Origin: Clostridia bacterium | GTDB lineage: Bacteria; Bacillota; Clostridia; Oscillospirales; CAG-272 | DNA length: 64,000 bases | Direction of reading: 5' to 3' | Assembly (NCBI GenBank): GCA_017517035.1 | Contig: JAFXAN010000083.1 | Location: 27,853 to 91,852, forward strand | Shown here: positions 1 to 9,149 of the stretch, one piece after another | Layout of the letters: each line of letters begins with the position of its first letter | Numbering within the stretch: position 1 is the stretch's first letter | The notes under the pieces: generated by a model | What the model was told of the DNA's origin: nothing | Database searches by the model: none | What the model saw: the letters and a program-made list of their open reading frames with translations, nothing else | Translations under genes and position numbers: made by a program

Positions 1-2
1 AG

Positions 3-3000
3 ACAATCAAGGCGGTTTCTATGGGAACAGCAACTGTCACCTTCAAGGATAATCATTATCCTATCGTTGTTGAAACAGAGGCTGCTATCTATGATCTCAT
101 TCTCTCGAATGAAGCTCTTGATCAAAACTTTGTTTCCGGATTTGCTAAATCCATCTATGCAAGAACGGCTCATACAGCATATTCCGGACTTACATGGGAT
201 GATCTTGCTTCGGAGATCAACGCAGGTAACATAATCAAGGGAAGAACATATTATCTTATTTCAAATTCCGATAATAGCCTTTCCTATACTGCCGATGAAA
301 TGTATCAGCTCTATGAGAACTCGGACGCTGATTATCTCGTTATGATCTCGGGTGATTCGTTTACAGAATCGGATGTTGCTATGTATGCAATGCAGCTTCA
401 GAGCGAAACGTATCTGAATGCTTATGTTTGCGCAAACGGCGATCTTACCGCTTTTGATGCGGGCAGAGCTGCGGGAAACAATATAGTTTCGATAATCGAG
501 AAGAACAAGCCTGTTCTTGATGCTGGTTTTAAGGTTTATAAGCAGGGCGGAGAAGAGCTCAAGGTGCTTTCAGTGATTCCGAGCGGCGAGGTGCTTTCTT
601 TTGCAGTAGTTCCGAATAATTTGTATAATGCTGTAAAATCCGTTGATGTTTCGGTCGTAGGCTTGGATTTTGATAAAGCTACAATGACTATTATCGGTGA
701 TGACGATGGCGGAATCATTTATATCAACGGTACAGAATACACGGTATATGCAGATGCAGTTGCTTCCGGAAATGTGGAAGGTTATTCTTGGCTTATTGAT
801 AATGACGGCAAGCTTACCGTTCTTTCTGAGGGCGTAATTTCCGATGCAAGCTATCCATGGGCAAGCTACGCCGCTTCCATCAAGGAAATTGAGCTTTCAG
901 GCGGTGTTACCGAAGTCGGTTCGGGAGCTTTTGCGGGCGTAGTGAATCTTACAAAGATCACACTTCCTTATACGCTTACCGAAATTGCAGATGATGCTGT
1001 AAGCGGAGCTTCGACATACTCGGTATTTGGCTTTGAAACAAATGCTGCATCTGTTGCTTTCGCAGAAAATAACGGTCAGTCATTCACATCCCTCGGTGCT
1101 TGCGGTTCGGCAGGTACATCCCTTATGTGGGAATATAAGGACGGCGTGCTTTATATTGACGGAAACGGAACCACGGTAAACTCCGGTGTCAGTGGTTATA
1201 ACAAGCAGTCGGAGTCTTCATGGTATGCCTATTATTCCGATATCACAAAGGTGGTTATCGGCAAGAATGTAACAACTATAGGTGCTTATGCATTCCACAA
1301 TATGAAAGCACTTACGACCGTTGAGATTACCGAAAATCTGAAATGTATATCAAATGCTGCATTTGAAAACAGTACTGCACTTAACTGCATTTATATTGCG
1401 GGTAACGAAGCTGTCAGCGGAACGGTTGATCTTTCCTATGTTACAACTTTGTCAGGCGGTTTTCAGTTTGATGGCTGCAGCAAGATTGCTAATATTATTT
1501 TTTCCGAAAATCTTACATCGCAGATCGGTGATAAGTTTATCGGTTATAATAGCTCGATAAAGACGCTCACTGTACCTGCAAGTGTACCTTCTATACATAA
1601 GAGAGCACTCTATAGAAATACCGCTCTCAAGGAGCTTACTATTCTCGGTTTTTCAACAGCACTTCCGTCTGATATGTTCACTTATGATAACAACACAACA
1701 TCTGTGGATGTAATTTACGGTATATCCGGATCTCCTGCTCATACATTTGCTGTCAACAATGGTATTACTTTCTATGATCTCACAGGAGACCAATATGACG
1801 GTGAAATCACTCTTAACGGTGCTTGCGGAACAGAAGTTTATTTTAAGCTCATCGAAAACGATATTGCTGATACCTATACGCTCTATTTCTATGGTACAGG
1901 TACAGAAATAGTCAGCGGAAATACAGCAACAGAGCTGAAGGCACCTTGGGCATCTTACGCCGATAAGATCACAGATGTGGTCTATCGCGGTGCGATTGAG
2001 AGCATGGGTGCATATAACCTTGTCGGACTTTCAAATCTTAAGTCTATAAAGCTCGAGAACTGTGCATTTACAAATATTTGCGAGAATGCTTTTGCTGGCT
2101 CGGGTATTTCGGGACTTTTTGAAATTTCTGAGGATGTTACGGCAATTGATGCTAATGCTTTTGCCGGACTTTCGAATCTTGATACCATTGTTATTCATGG
2201 TTCTTCGGTCGAAATTGATGCTGATGCATTTGCAGGCTGTGGCATAACAACCGTTTACGGTTATTACGGTTCAACTGTCCAGACCTTTGCTTCAACGATC
2301 GGAGCAACTTTTAAGAATATCAACGAGTATCTTCCCGTAGCAACAGGTTATCTTTATGCAACATGGAATAATTCACCTACAGTTAACACAAAATGGTACT
2401 ATGATAAGGCAACAAAAACCCTTTCATTTGAATCCCTCGCAAGTGCAGGGGCATGGAATGAGTGCGGAAATACAACACATGGTACTGATAACAAGACAGC
2501 ATGGTCGATCTTCAAAAATGAGATTGAAAAGGTAATTATCGGTCCCGGTCTTAAGAAGGTTTCGGGCTCTGCGTTTAAGGATCATACTGCTCTTAAGGTT
2601 GTTGAGTTAACAGGTGAAATCGGAGAAATTGACGGAAGTGCTTTCTCCGGATGTACAAATCTTGATACAATATATCTTAAGGGTAATGTTCCCGTCAAAG
2701 GAATTGCAGACCTTCACCGTGTCGGTAATCTTGAAAAGAGTTCATCTGTTTTCGTGAGATGTGCATTTGATAAGGTTATTTTCAGTGCTACTGAAACTGC
2801 AATCATGGAAGGCAGTTTCGCAAATTCTGCTGTAACGACTGTTATCGGCAATTCTGAAACAACAGAGACCCTTGCAACATCCATCGGCGCAACTGTGACC
2901 AGAGGTTATTCCGAGAGCGGAATGATCTGGACTCTTGATGGCGCAACTCTTACTGTATATGCAGGTGAAACACCTACTGCTGTAGCGGCTTGGTCTGATT

Positions 3001-6000
3001 TTGCAGATACTGTCACGAAGATCGTGTTTGAAAGCGAAAGTGATATTTCCACTCTCAACATTGGTGTTTTTGACGGCTTTGCAAACCTCGAAGAGGTACT
3101 CTTTAAGTGCGATGCTCCAGCATATGCTGCTGCGTCTTGTTTTGGAACAAATAATATCACGGTTTATTATGCAAAGGGCATAAGCAGCTTCTCCTCTCCC
3201 AATTGGAACGGTTATATTTGCCTTGAAGAGGGAAGTACCCTTGGAATCGTTGCAAGCGGACTTTGTAAAGAGGGCGGATATTCCTGGGCAATTGACGATC
3301 TGGGAACTCTCACCATCAGCGGCGAGGGCAACGGTGTTCTTGAATTTACCGAGGTTCCCAATTGGGAACCCGAAGCGATCAAGAGAATTGCTTGGTATTC
3401 ACACCGTTCTCTTATCAAAAAGGTTGTTATTGAAGAAGATACGCAGATCACAAGGGTTATTGCGTATGGTCTTTCCAATCTTCCTAACTGTACAACAATG
3501 ATCTTCCCCACAACACTTACCGACCTTAGCGGATATAATGTTCTTTGCAGCTTGCCAAACCTTAATACTATCGCTGTTCAGGGCAATGATGTCATCGAGG
3601 GGGTAATTGACCTTAGAAATGTTACAAAGCTTAATAGCCAGCTTTTCGAGTCATCCTTTAAGAATGTTAAGCCGGTTATTTATATCTCCGCTAATCCACA
3701 GATCTCTATTACAAAATGGGGTGCAGGATGCTCGGAAATGACAATTGTAACATATCCGACGTCCACAACAGCTACCCTTGTCAGAACTCTTGCAAAGCAG
3801 CAAATGGGTACTGCTCCCAGTAAATATCTTCCTAACAAGATCACTCTCAAATACTATACTGCCGAGCAGGATACAACTCTTGTAAGAAGCGGTTCTCAAA
3901 CATCAAGTGGCGGTCACATGGATTGGACTTTTGATGATGCTACAGGTACTCTTACATTTACAAAGGGCGCTGGAGCAACAGGTTGGAACGAGTTCCTTTA
4001 TAACTCCGGATCAACGGTTCTTAAAAATTGGTTATCTATCTGGAAGGATGCAATTCTTCATGTCAATGTTGCTTCTTCTTTCAGTAAATTCCAGGTGAAC
4101 AATAACATGCCCAGCCCGTTCAAAAACGCTGTTAACCTTATAAGCGTTAAATTCTCCGGAAATTCTTCTCTTGAATTCCAGTTTAGCGGCTCGGGCGGTT
4201 TATTTGAGGGCTGTGAATCTCTGACAACCTTCGGATTCAGCAATAGCTTCAATGAAGGAGTTATTGATATTTCCGGAATTTCGAAGTATTCCGGAGGTGG
4301 GGCAAATAGCAGTATGTTCAAGGGTTGTACATCAATAAAATCGGTCAAAATGCGCTCAAGCGCTCCCGATGCATCATCCGGAATAACTAACAATAAATGG
4401 ATCACTAACTCCATGTTTAGTGGATGTACTTCACTTCGCAGTATTGAAATACCGGCATGGATAACAAAGATTGATGCAAATGCATTTGCAGGTTGCACAT
4501 CTCTTACAAGTGTAACTCTTAATTCTTTACCCGAGATTGCAGCGATTTCTGCCTTCCCCGATAATGAGGGACAGAATCTTATTATCAAGTGTCCCGATCA
4601 GACAACAGCGGATGCTGTAAATGCGCTTGGATATACTTATACTAAGGCTGTTTACATTGATCTTGGTAATTTCGTGAGTGCTATCACAATGGAAGGCTAT
4701 GCTGTAAGACTTAAGGAATACAACGGTCTCCGCGGCTTGTTCAGCTTTGACTATACCATCAAGACAGCAAATGAAGGATATGGATTCAAGCTTGTCGAAT
4801 ACGGAGCACTTCTCTCATCTCAGGCTACTTATCTTAATTACGGTTGTGAGCTGGCACTTGCTGATGGTGTATATGTAACTCCTACAAAGGGCGTTGTTAA
4901 AAAGCCTGTTTATTCGGGTGACAAGATAGTCGGAAACACACTTTCGACAAGCACTGCGGATTCTGTTGATTTTGCGGCATCTGTTGTTAAGTACAATAGC
5001 AATTTCAAGCAGAATGTGTATATCTGCGGTTATGAGATCTGGGAAGATCTTTCCGGCGAAAGAATCATCGTATATACAGATTGTCCCGATGATACATATG
5101 ATTTCACAAATATCTATCAGATCTGCCTTAATCTTTACAGAGACGGTTATGTGAATGCAGAAAACGATACCGAAGGCATTGTTTGGGGCATTCTTTCCGA
5201 AAACGGCGCTGTAACACTCACAGCAGGTACTGATTATACCTATAACGAGGGACAGACAGACCTTAATGGCAATTCTCTTGCTGAAAAGTTTGTATTTAAG
5301 GATGTTCCCGCTGTTTCTCAGAAAACATCCGCTACGGATATAATCTTTACCGAATCCGGATTGACCATCACCCTTCTTGAAGATGGTGATAGATATGTTG
5401 CAGTATATAGAGGCGAAGGCGCAGTACCTGCGACAAATCCTTGGAGTAAGCTTGGTTCGCATCAGCTTTCATCCAACTTCTGCAATGCTTTAGTTCTTTC
5501 GAAGCTTCCTAATCCGATAATGGCAGCCGGAGCAGCTTCAAAAATTAAAACTATCGTTCTCGATTATGGCGTAACAGAGGTTAATGCTGCCGGATTTGCG
5601 CAGATATCTGTATTGGAAAAGCTTGTATATTCAACTTCACTTACGAAGCTTGGCGGAACAATGTTCGTATCATGTAGTGCTTTGAATACTGCATATTGTG
5701 CTGATGTAACAGACCCCGATTTTGTTCCAAAGAGCAATATTGTTGATTTCAGCAGACTTTCATCTGTTGATGCAAATTATATGTTTGTATCAGCCAAGAA
5801 GATTCAGTATGTTCGACTTCCTTCAAGCATCGGAACCGCTGCAAAAGGAATGTTCAATAACAACACTGCTCTAAAAGCTGTAAGCTGCGGCACAGCAGAG
5901 CTTGTTGATGGTGTTATTGATATGTCCCAGACCGGTATTGTGAATTTTGGCGATTACTCCTTTGCAGGTGTCAATAACATTACAACGCTTAAGCTTCCCG

Positions 6001-6197
6001 AAACCGTAACTACATTCTTCGATGTAAACGGCACAACCGAGAGACACGCTTTTGCTTCTAACTCATCTAATGTTACAAGTGCTTGCGGAATCAGAAATAT
6101 CATTACGGAAAATGAAGTTTCTGCAATTTCCGACTATATCACGAAGTATGGCGAGGCTATGAAGCTGACATATTCTTGGACAAATCAGGAACAATAA
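3..6197 (+). CDS. Giant BspA-type leucine-rich-repeat surface protein; 5' end cut by window edge
   Basis: 6.2-kb ORF. The frame is open from pos 3: no stop lies upstream of the first Met at 21, and no signal peptide follows that Met, so the N-terminus lies outside the window. Many BspA-like LRR units (AFAGCTSLTSVTL, AFSGCTNLDTIYL, AFENSTALNCIYI) alternate with W-x-[IF]D-x-x-G-x-LT beta motifs. Stop TAA 6195-6197. Confidence 0.8.
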   Translation, partial: TIKAVSMGTATVTFKDNHYPIVVETEAAIYDLILSNEALDQNFVSGFAKSIYARTAHTAYSGLTWDDLASEINAGNIIKGRTYYLISNSDNSLSYTADEMYQLYENSDADYLVMISGDSFTESDVAMYAMQLQSETYLNAYVCANGDLTAFDAGRAAGNNIVSIIEKNKPVLDAGFKVYKQGGEELKVLSVIPSGEVLSFAVVPNNLYNAVKSVDVSVVGLDFDKATMTIIGDDDGGIIYINGTEYTVYADAVASGNVEGYSWLIDNDGKLTVLSEGVISDASYPWASYAASIKEIELSGGVTEVGSGAFAGVVNLTKITLPYTLTEIADDAVSGASTYSVFGFETNAASVAFAENNGQSFTSLGACGSAGTSLMWEYKDGVLYIDGNGTTVNSGVSGYNKQSESSWYAYYSDITKVVIGKNVTTIGAYAFHNMKALTTVEITENLKCISNAAFENSTALNCIYIAGNEAVSGTVDLSYVTTLSGGFQFDGCSKIANIIFSENLTSQIGDKFIGYNSSIKTLTVPASVPSIHKRALYRNTALKELTILGFSTALPSDMFTYDNNTTSVDVIYGISGSPAHTFAVNNGITFYDLTGDQYDGEITLNGACGTEVYFKLIENDIADTYTLYFYGTGTEIVSGNTATELKAPWASYADKITDVVYRGAIESMGAYNLVGLSNLKSIKLENCAFTNICENAFAGSGISGLFEISEDVTAIDANAFAGLSNLDTIVIHGSSVEIDADAFAGCGITTVYGYYGSTVQTFASTIGATFKNINEYLPVATGYLYATWNNSPTVNTKWYYDKATKTLSFESLASAGAWNECGNTTHGTDNKTAWSIFKNEIEKVIIGPGLKKVSGSAFKDHTALKVVELTGEIGEIDGSAFSGCTNLDTIYLKGNVPVKGIADLHRVGNLEKSSSVFVRCAFDKVIFSATETAIMEGSFANSAVTTVIGNSETTETLATSIGATVTRGYSESGMIWTLDGATLTVYAGETPTAVAAWSDFADTVTKIVFESESDISTLNIGVFDGFANLEEVLFKCDAPAYAAASCFGTNNITVYYAKGISSFSSPNWNGYICLEEGSTLGIVASGLCKEGGYSWAIDDLGTLTISGEGNGVLEFTEVPNWEPEAIKRIAWYSHRSLIKKVVIEEDTQITRVIAYGLSNLPNCTTMIFPTTLTDLSGYNVLCSLPNLNTIAVQGNDVIEGVIDLRNVTKLNSQLFESSFKNVKPVIYISANPQISITKWGAGCSEMTIVTYPTSTTATLVRTLAKQQMGTAPSKYLPNKITLKYYTAEQDTTLVRSGSQTSSGGHMDWTFDDATGTLTFTKGAGATGWNEFLYNSGSTVLKNWLSIWKDAILHVNVASSFSKFQVNNNMPSPFKNAVNLISVKFSGNSSLEFQFSGSGGLFEGCESLTTFGFSNSFNEGVIDISGISKYSGGGANSSMFKGCTSIKSVKMRSSAPDASSGITNNKWITNSMFSGCTSLRSIEIPAWITKIDANAFAGCTSLTSVTLNSLPEIAAISAFPDNEGQNLIIKCPDQTTADAVNALGYTYTKAVYIDLGNFVSAITMEGYAVRLKEYNGLRGLFSFDYTIKTANEGYGFKLVEYGALLSSQATYLNYGCELALADGVYVTPTKGVVKKPVYSGDKIVGNTLSTSTADSVDFAASVVKYNSNFKQNVYICGYEIWEDLSGERIIVYTDCPDDTYDFTNIYQICLNLYRDGYVNAENDTEGIVWGILSENGAVTLTAGTDYTYNEGQTDLNGNSLAEKFVFKDVPAVSQKTSATDIIFTESGLTITLLEDGDRYVAVYRGEGAVPATNPWSKLGSHQLSSNFCNALVLSKLPNPIMAAGAASKIKTIVLDYGVTEVNAAGFAQISVLEKLVYSTSLTKLGGTMFVSCSALNTAYCADVTDPDFVPKSNIVDFSRLSSVDANYMFVSAKKIQYVRLPSSIGTAAKGMFNNNTALKAVSCGTAELVDGVIDMSQTGIVNFGDYSFAGVNNITTLKLPETVTTFFDVNGTTERHAFASNSSNVTSACGIRNIITENEVSAISDYITKYGEAMKLTYSWTNQEQ

Positions 6198-6203
6198 AAA
6201 CTT

Positions 6204-6236
6204 GGCGGATTCGCAATGCGAATCCGCCATTTTGTT
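6204..6236. terminator. Bidirectional intrinsic terminator between convergent genes
   Basis: Perfect 12-bp palindrome GGCGGATTCGCA-A-TGCGAATCCGCC (6204-6228), with an A-run before and ATTTTGTTT after. Confidence 0.75.
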
Positions 6237-7117
6237 TATCTTGTAATCTTTCTTGTCTTGATTTCTTTGAAGTATTCTTTTGTGGTTCCGGCACTAAGCT
6301 CGGGAATATAATGATATGATTTTTTTAGCTCATCTTCAGATGGATAAGAATTATAGAATCCTCCGCAAAGACCACTGTGATCACTTCCACCACTAATGAA
6401 AAGCCCTTTCTCAAGAGCAATTTTGAGCGCTCGATCTTTTTCTTCTTCTGTAAGGTCCGGGTGGAACACCTCAAGACCTACAATGCCTAGTGAAATCAGC
6501 TCATCCATATCGTCAAGGCAGTTGTGCGGATGAGCAACTATAGCAAATCCTCCCGCTGCCTTTATAAGCTCTATAAGCTCTCCCAGGGGTTTGAAATCAT
6601 AGCATGGCGGAAACAGATTTCTCTGCTTTTCGAAATTTTCCATAAACCATTGCATGTAGTTTTCTTGCTTCACAAGACCTTTTTCAATCATGGCATTATA
6701 AACATGATTATTGCAAAGCCACGGAATGCCACTGTTATACACGAGAACCTCTTCCCATGTAATGCCTAAAATTCCACCGTTTGAAACTGCCATATCGAAG
6801 CATTTCTTTGTGTTGTCCGTCTGTCTTTCAGCCATTTCCGAGAGATATTTTTTCATTTCGGGATATTCCGGATCAAAATCAAAGCCTACAATGTGGTAAG
6901 GCTTGGGATCATAAACCGAAAACTCAACTCCGAAAATACATTCAAGCTCTTCTTCCTTGCAAGCTTTTTCAAGCTCGGGAAATGCGCTTGCGGTATCGTG
7001 GTCAGTGATCGCCAAAGCTTGGTAACCTTCGGCCTTAGCAATTTTCACAAGCTCTCGTGGCGAATATACACCATCAGAGTGGGTCGAATGGGTATGTAAA
7101 TTAGCATAGAACTTCAT
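6236..7117 (-). CDS. PHP-domain metal-dependent phosphoesterase
   Basis: ORF-track entry 6236..7300 reads through a tRNA. The real start is its Met62 (ATG 7115-7117, with AAGAAAGG upstream). PHP signature MKFYANLHTHSTHSDG...AITDHD, and C-terminal GGSDHSG. Confidence 0.8.
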   Translation of the reverse strand: MKFYANLHTHSTHSDGVYSPRELVKIAKAEGYQALAITDHDTASAFPELEKACKEEELECIFGVEFSVYDPKPYHIVGFDFDPEYPEMKKYLSEMAERQTDNTKKCFDMAVSNGGILGITWEEVLVYNSGIPWLCNNHVYNAMIEKGLVKQENYMQWFMENFEKQRNLFPPCYDFKPLGELIELIKAAGGFAIVAHPHNCLDDMDELISLGIVGLEVFHPDLTEEEKDRALKIALEKGLFISGGSDHSGLCGGFYNSYPSEDELKKSYHYIPELSAGTTKEYFKEIKTRKITR

Positions 7118-7140
7118 ATAGTTACCTTTCTTAACACTAA

Positions 7141-7191
7141 AGATAAAAAACAAGCAGTATCTACACCCGGACGGGTGCAGGCACTGCCTGC
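7141..7191 (-). terminator. Two adjacent GC-rich hairpins plus U-tract directly after tRNA-Leu(CAG); possible terminator or processing site
   Basis: On the minus strand: GCAGGC-AGT-GCCTGC (7177-7191), CACCCG-TC-CGGGTG (7164-7177), then TAGATACTGCTTGTTTTTT. The U-run sits 13 nt after the second stem, so this is not a textbook terminator. Confidence 0.35.
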
Positions 7192-7278
7192 TGGTGCGGG
7201 TAACAGGACTTGAACCTGCACAGCCTTGCGACCATAAGAACCTGAATCTTACGCGTCTGCCAATTCCGCCACACCCGC
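7192..7278 (-). tRNA. trnL: tRNA-Leu (anticodon CAG), type II with long variable arm, CCA encoded
   Basis: Reverse complement reads GCGGGTG-TG-GCGGAATTGGCAGACGCG-TAAGA-TTCAGGT-TCTTA-TGGTCGCAAGGCTGT-GCAGGTTCAAGTCCTGT-TACCCGC-ACCA. The acceptor stem is 7 bp, the anticodon loop is TT-CAG-GT, and a T-loop GGTTCAAGTCC is present. Confidence 0.93.
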
Positions 7279-7308
7279 ATATTAACCGTTGATTTCTCAA
7301 CGGGAAAT

Positions 7309-7337
7309 ATTATACCATATAATAACATAAAAATCAA
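7309..7337 (-). promoter_or_regulatory. Sigma-A-type promoter for tRNA-Leu(CAG)
   Basis: Minus strand: TTGATT (7332-7337), 17 nt, TGG-TATAAT (7309-7317). An A/T-rich tract lies upstream (7340-7375). Leader hairpin CCGTTGA-GAAA-TCAACGG (7286-7303) sits just 5' of the tRNA. Confidence 0.65.
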
Positions 7338-7398
7338 GTGTTTTTTTGACTTTTTTGAAATTATTTTTTTGTTTTGTGCGTACAGAACAATATAACGG

Positions 7399-8682
7399 TT
7401 ATTCTCCCTTGAGAATAACCACGATATCCATCCCTCTTCCTGCTCCGCGTCCCGGAAAAGAAACTATACCGTCAGTTAGGCTGATGTTGCTGTGATATTC
7501 TCCTGTAGTTGGTTCAAAGGCTGTGATATTATCAATTTTAAAAGGGATATTAGAAAGTTTAACACTAATTCCGCAGGGAATATAAAGGTAGGCGCTGTTT
7601 TTTGATATTACTGCTTGTACATAATTTTCACCTTTTTCGTTGTTTTCAACGGCTGCCTCTGACGGTTTATGCGATGATAAATCGTTTTTGCAGATAAAAT
7701 CAGAGAAATATTTCATTTGCTCTGCGGCAGGGCGGTGCAGCGATTCACGCCAGGTGTTTGGATGATAAGAATTTTTTTCGGTATTCATGCACCAAACGCA
7801 ACTATGACCGTATGTGTTTCCGCAGCTTCCGGAAAATAAGTTTTTCCACATTGCATTTCGTACATCCACTGCATCAAAATAACCGTTTGTTTCTTTAAAG
7901 CTTATTGGGTGATCCTCGTAGCGTTGCTCACCGTCCATTGTAGGTTTAATCGGCTGTAGAGTACGATCATACTCCAATAATTCATAAGATTCAGGATTTG
8001 AAGGTCTACAATGGCCTGATTGAATCATATTGAAATCGAGCCACTGACAGCTATGAACATATTTCGATGAAGATGCAGACCCTGAAGGATGCAGAGTTAT
8101 TAAAAATTTTCCACCATCACCATCTTTAAGACCTTGTGCCATTGATTCAATAATGGAAAAATGTGCTTTAGTTTCAAGCGGCCGATCGCCGCCGAGTATC
8201 CAGATGATATTATTATATTTACTAAGATGCATAGCAAGCCATTTAGCATAAATATAAGCATTTTTTTCTGTAAATATTTCTGGTCCTAAGCCCCATTTCT
8301 TGTTGAATTTGTCACCCCAGGTCGGAAGAATGCCCATGTACAGGCCAAGCTCCGATGCTTTTGAAATTATAAATTCAACATGGTCAAAATATGAGTAATC
8401 GCCGTCGATATCCGGCATTGTAGGATCGAAAGTGCCCGACTCGTTTTTTAACAGCGGAGTTCTTCCATATGGATTAGGTGTTTCAAGTCCATTGAGCTCT
8501 GCAAGTACAACAGCTTGTATAAAGTTAAATCCTTGATTTTTTCTGGTTTTGAGATAATATTCAGCATCGTCCCTATCTAATTTGTGAAAAAGCTCCCATG
8601 CTGTATCGCCTATAAGAAAAAAACTTTCGTCATTAAATGTTACAATTCTGCGATGATCATCGGAAATTTTCAAGCATTTCAT
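7399..8682 (-). CDS. DUF4038 / GH140-like glycoside hydrolase (cytoplasmic, no signal peptide)
   Basis: 427-aa ORF. The N-terminus FFLIGDTAWELFHKL...GFNFIQAVVL is typical of the DUF4038 (apiosidase-like GH140) TIM-barrel family. Its ATG overlaps the upstream stop (ATGA at 8679-8682). Confidence 0.65.
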   Translation of the reverse strand: MKCLKISDDHRRIVTFNDESFFLIGDTAWELFHKLDRDDAEYYLKTRKNQGFNFIQAVVLAELNGLETPNPYGRTPLLKNESGTFDPTMPDIDGDYSYFDHVEFIISKASELGLYMGILPTWGDKFNKKWGLGPEIFTEKNAYIYAKWLAMHLSKYNNIIWILGGDRPLETKAHFSIIESMAQGLKDGDGGKFLITLHPSGSASSSKYVHSCQWLDFNMIQSGHCRPSNPESYELLEYDRTLQPIKPTMDGEQRYEDHPISFKETNGYFDAVDVRNAMWKNLFSGSCGNTYGHSCVWCMNTEKNSYHPNTWRESLHRPAAEQMKYFSDFICKNDLSSHKPSEAAVENNEKGENYVQAVISKNSAYLYIPCGISVKLSNIPFKIDNITAFEPTTGEYHSNISLTDGIVSFPGRGAGRGMDIVVILKGE

Positions 8683-9149
8683 AAGTTTTTATCCAATCGT
8701 TTGTTATTTTTTTTATTATTCCAGGCATATATCAGCTTAACCAATGCAGTAACAACAACGACACCAAGTGCAAGTGCCATAGCTAATTTAAGTGTGATAA
8801 TTCCGTTTATAAGAAAGCTTTCAAGATTGCCTTCGAAGGCGTTAGCCATTGTATAATACAGAGACCCTCCGGGAATCAACGGAATGAGCGCTGTTGTAAT
8901 GAAAGTTGTGGTAGGGGTTTTAAGTACTCTTGCCATTATTTCTGAATAAAGTGTTGTCGTCGCCGAAACAATAAAATATCTTATAGGTTCACTTTCGATC
9001 ATAAATTCCAAAATCAAAAACAAGCTCCAGGATAAAAATCCGCCAAGTGCCGCAAAAGCAAGTTTTTTTCCTCTAATGTTATATAATATTGCAAATCCAA
9101 AGGAACCGATAAAAGCGGCAAAAATTTGCATTATTTCACTGTTCATCAT
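8679..9149 (-). CDS. Threonine/serine-exporter-family membrane protein, small subunit (DUF3815-like)
   Basis: 156 aa and very hydrophobic (4-5 TM). Overlaps the upstream partner by 4 nt, the standard pairing with a DUF1212 protein. Confidence 0.65.
   Translation of the reverse strand: MMNSEIMQIFAAFIGSFGFAILYNIRGKKLAFAALGGFLSWSLFLILEFMIESEPIRYFIVSATTTLYSEIMARVLKTPTTTFITTALIPLIPGGSLYYTMANAFEGNLESFLINGIITLKLAMALALGVVVVTALVKLIYAWNNKKNNKRLDKNL

Noticed and set aside
7118-7300. 5' part of ORF-track entry 6236..7300 (61 extra codons)
   Set aside because: It is translated straight through tRNA-Leu(CAG) and its flanking hairpins. A good ATG and RBS at 7117 begin the PHP domain.
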